The position numbers and the translations under genes were made by a program. Shown piece after piece: positions 63,901-64,000 of a DNA stretch of 64,000 bases. The stretch's first letter is position 1. Every line of letters starts with the position of its first letter. The DNA comes from Selaginella moellendorffii (lineage: Eukaryota > Plantae > Lycopodiophyta). Location: contig NW_003314264.1 of the NCBI RefSeq assembly GCF_000143415.4, forward strand, positions 3,295,710-3,359,709, given 5' to 3'. A model generated the notes under the pieces. That model saw only the letters and a list, made by a program, of their open reading frames with translations, searched no databases and was not told the origin of the DNA.

Positions 63901-64000
63901 TACACATCATCCCAAAAGGTTGATGTTGTGTTGGATATCACAAAATTCAAGCTTGTGTTTCGACTTAGAGCATCTACCACAATATTGCTCTTCCCAAGTT
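60922..64000 (-). mobile_element. Chromovirus (Ty3/gypsy): integrase, chromodomain, 3' UTR and 3' LTR; decayed
   Basis: Integrase VNRQIEDYLRCYV..DWVSHLELAEMCYNN, FAGPY, FHVNFLKPY; chromodomain EEYEVEAIL...FHVKWKGF...ATWEPEENL. LTR 60922-62088 (TGTAAG...CTTACA) is interrupted by a TRIM. Confidence 0.9.
60945..61618 (-). mobile_element. TRIM family 1, intact copy (674 bp)
   Basis: 162-bp LTRs 60945-61106 and 61457-61618 (TGTAGCGCAT...ATGCGCTACA), PBS reverse complement GCTCCGATACCA 61443-61454, PPT reverse complement CTCACCCCCCCTTC, TSD CCTTT. Confidence 0.95.

Overview
Eukaryotic plant nuclear DNA, most likely a lycophyte such as Selaginella (inferred from 48-70 nt introns, an S-motif-rich PLS-E PPR gene and compact head-to-head gene pairs). 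Three host genes look intact: TRM10, an EXA1/GIGYF-like GYF protein and a PPR-E protein. SLP2 phosphatase, PPR and receptor-kinase pseudogenes are also present. The rest is deeply nested transposable elements, many with boundaries resolvable by TSDs: two young non-coding LARD-like LTR elements with satellite-bearing LTRs, a nested solo LTR, older Ty3/gypsy remnants, a chromovirus, two TRIM families (one Cassandra-like with a 5S rRNA A/C-box) and an L1-type LINE. The most striking object is an approximately 8-kb (17.3 kb with nested inserts) TIR DNA transposon at 38284-55566. It encodes a Sola-like DDD transposase and a divergently transcribed ParB/Srx-fold protein, and carries about 14 copies of one 22-bp palindrome (ATGGCRTGWGGCCWCAYGCCAT), mostly in introns and spacers. 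This suggests a ParB/parS-like or VANC-like self-recognition system inside a plant transposon. All calls come from reading the sequence; no database search was run.
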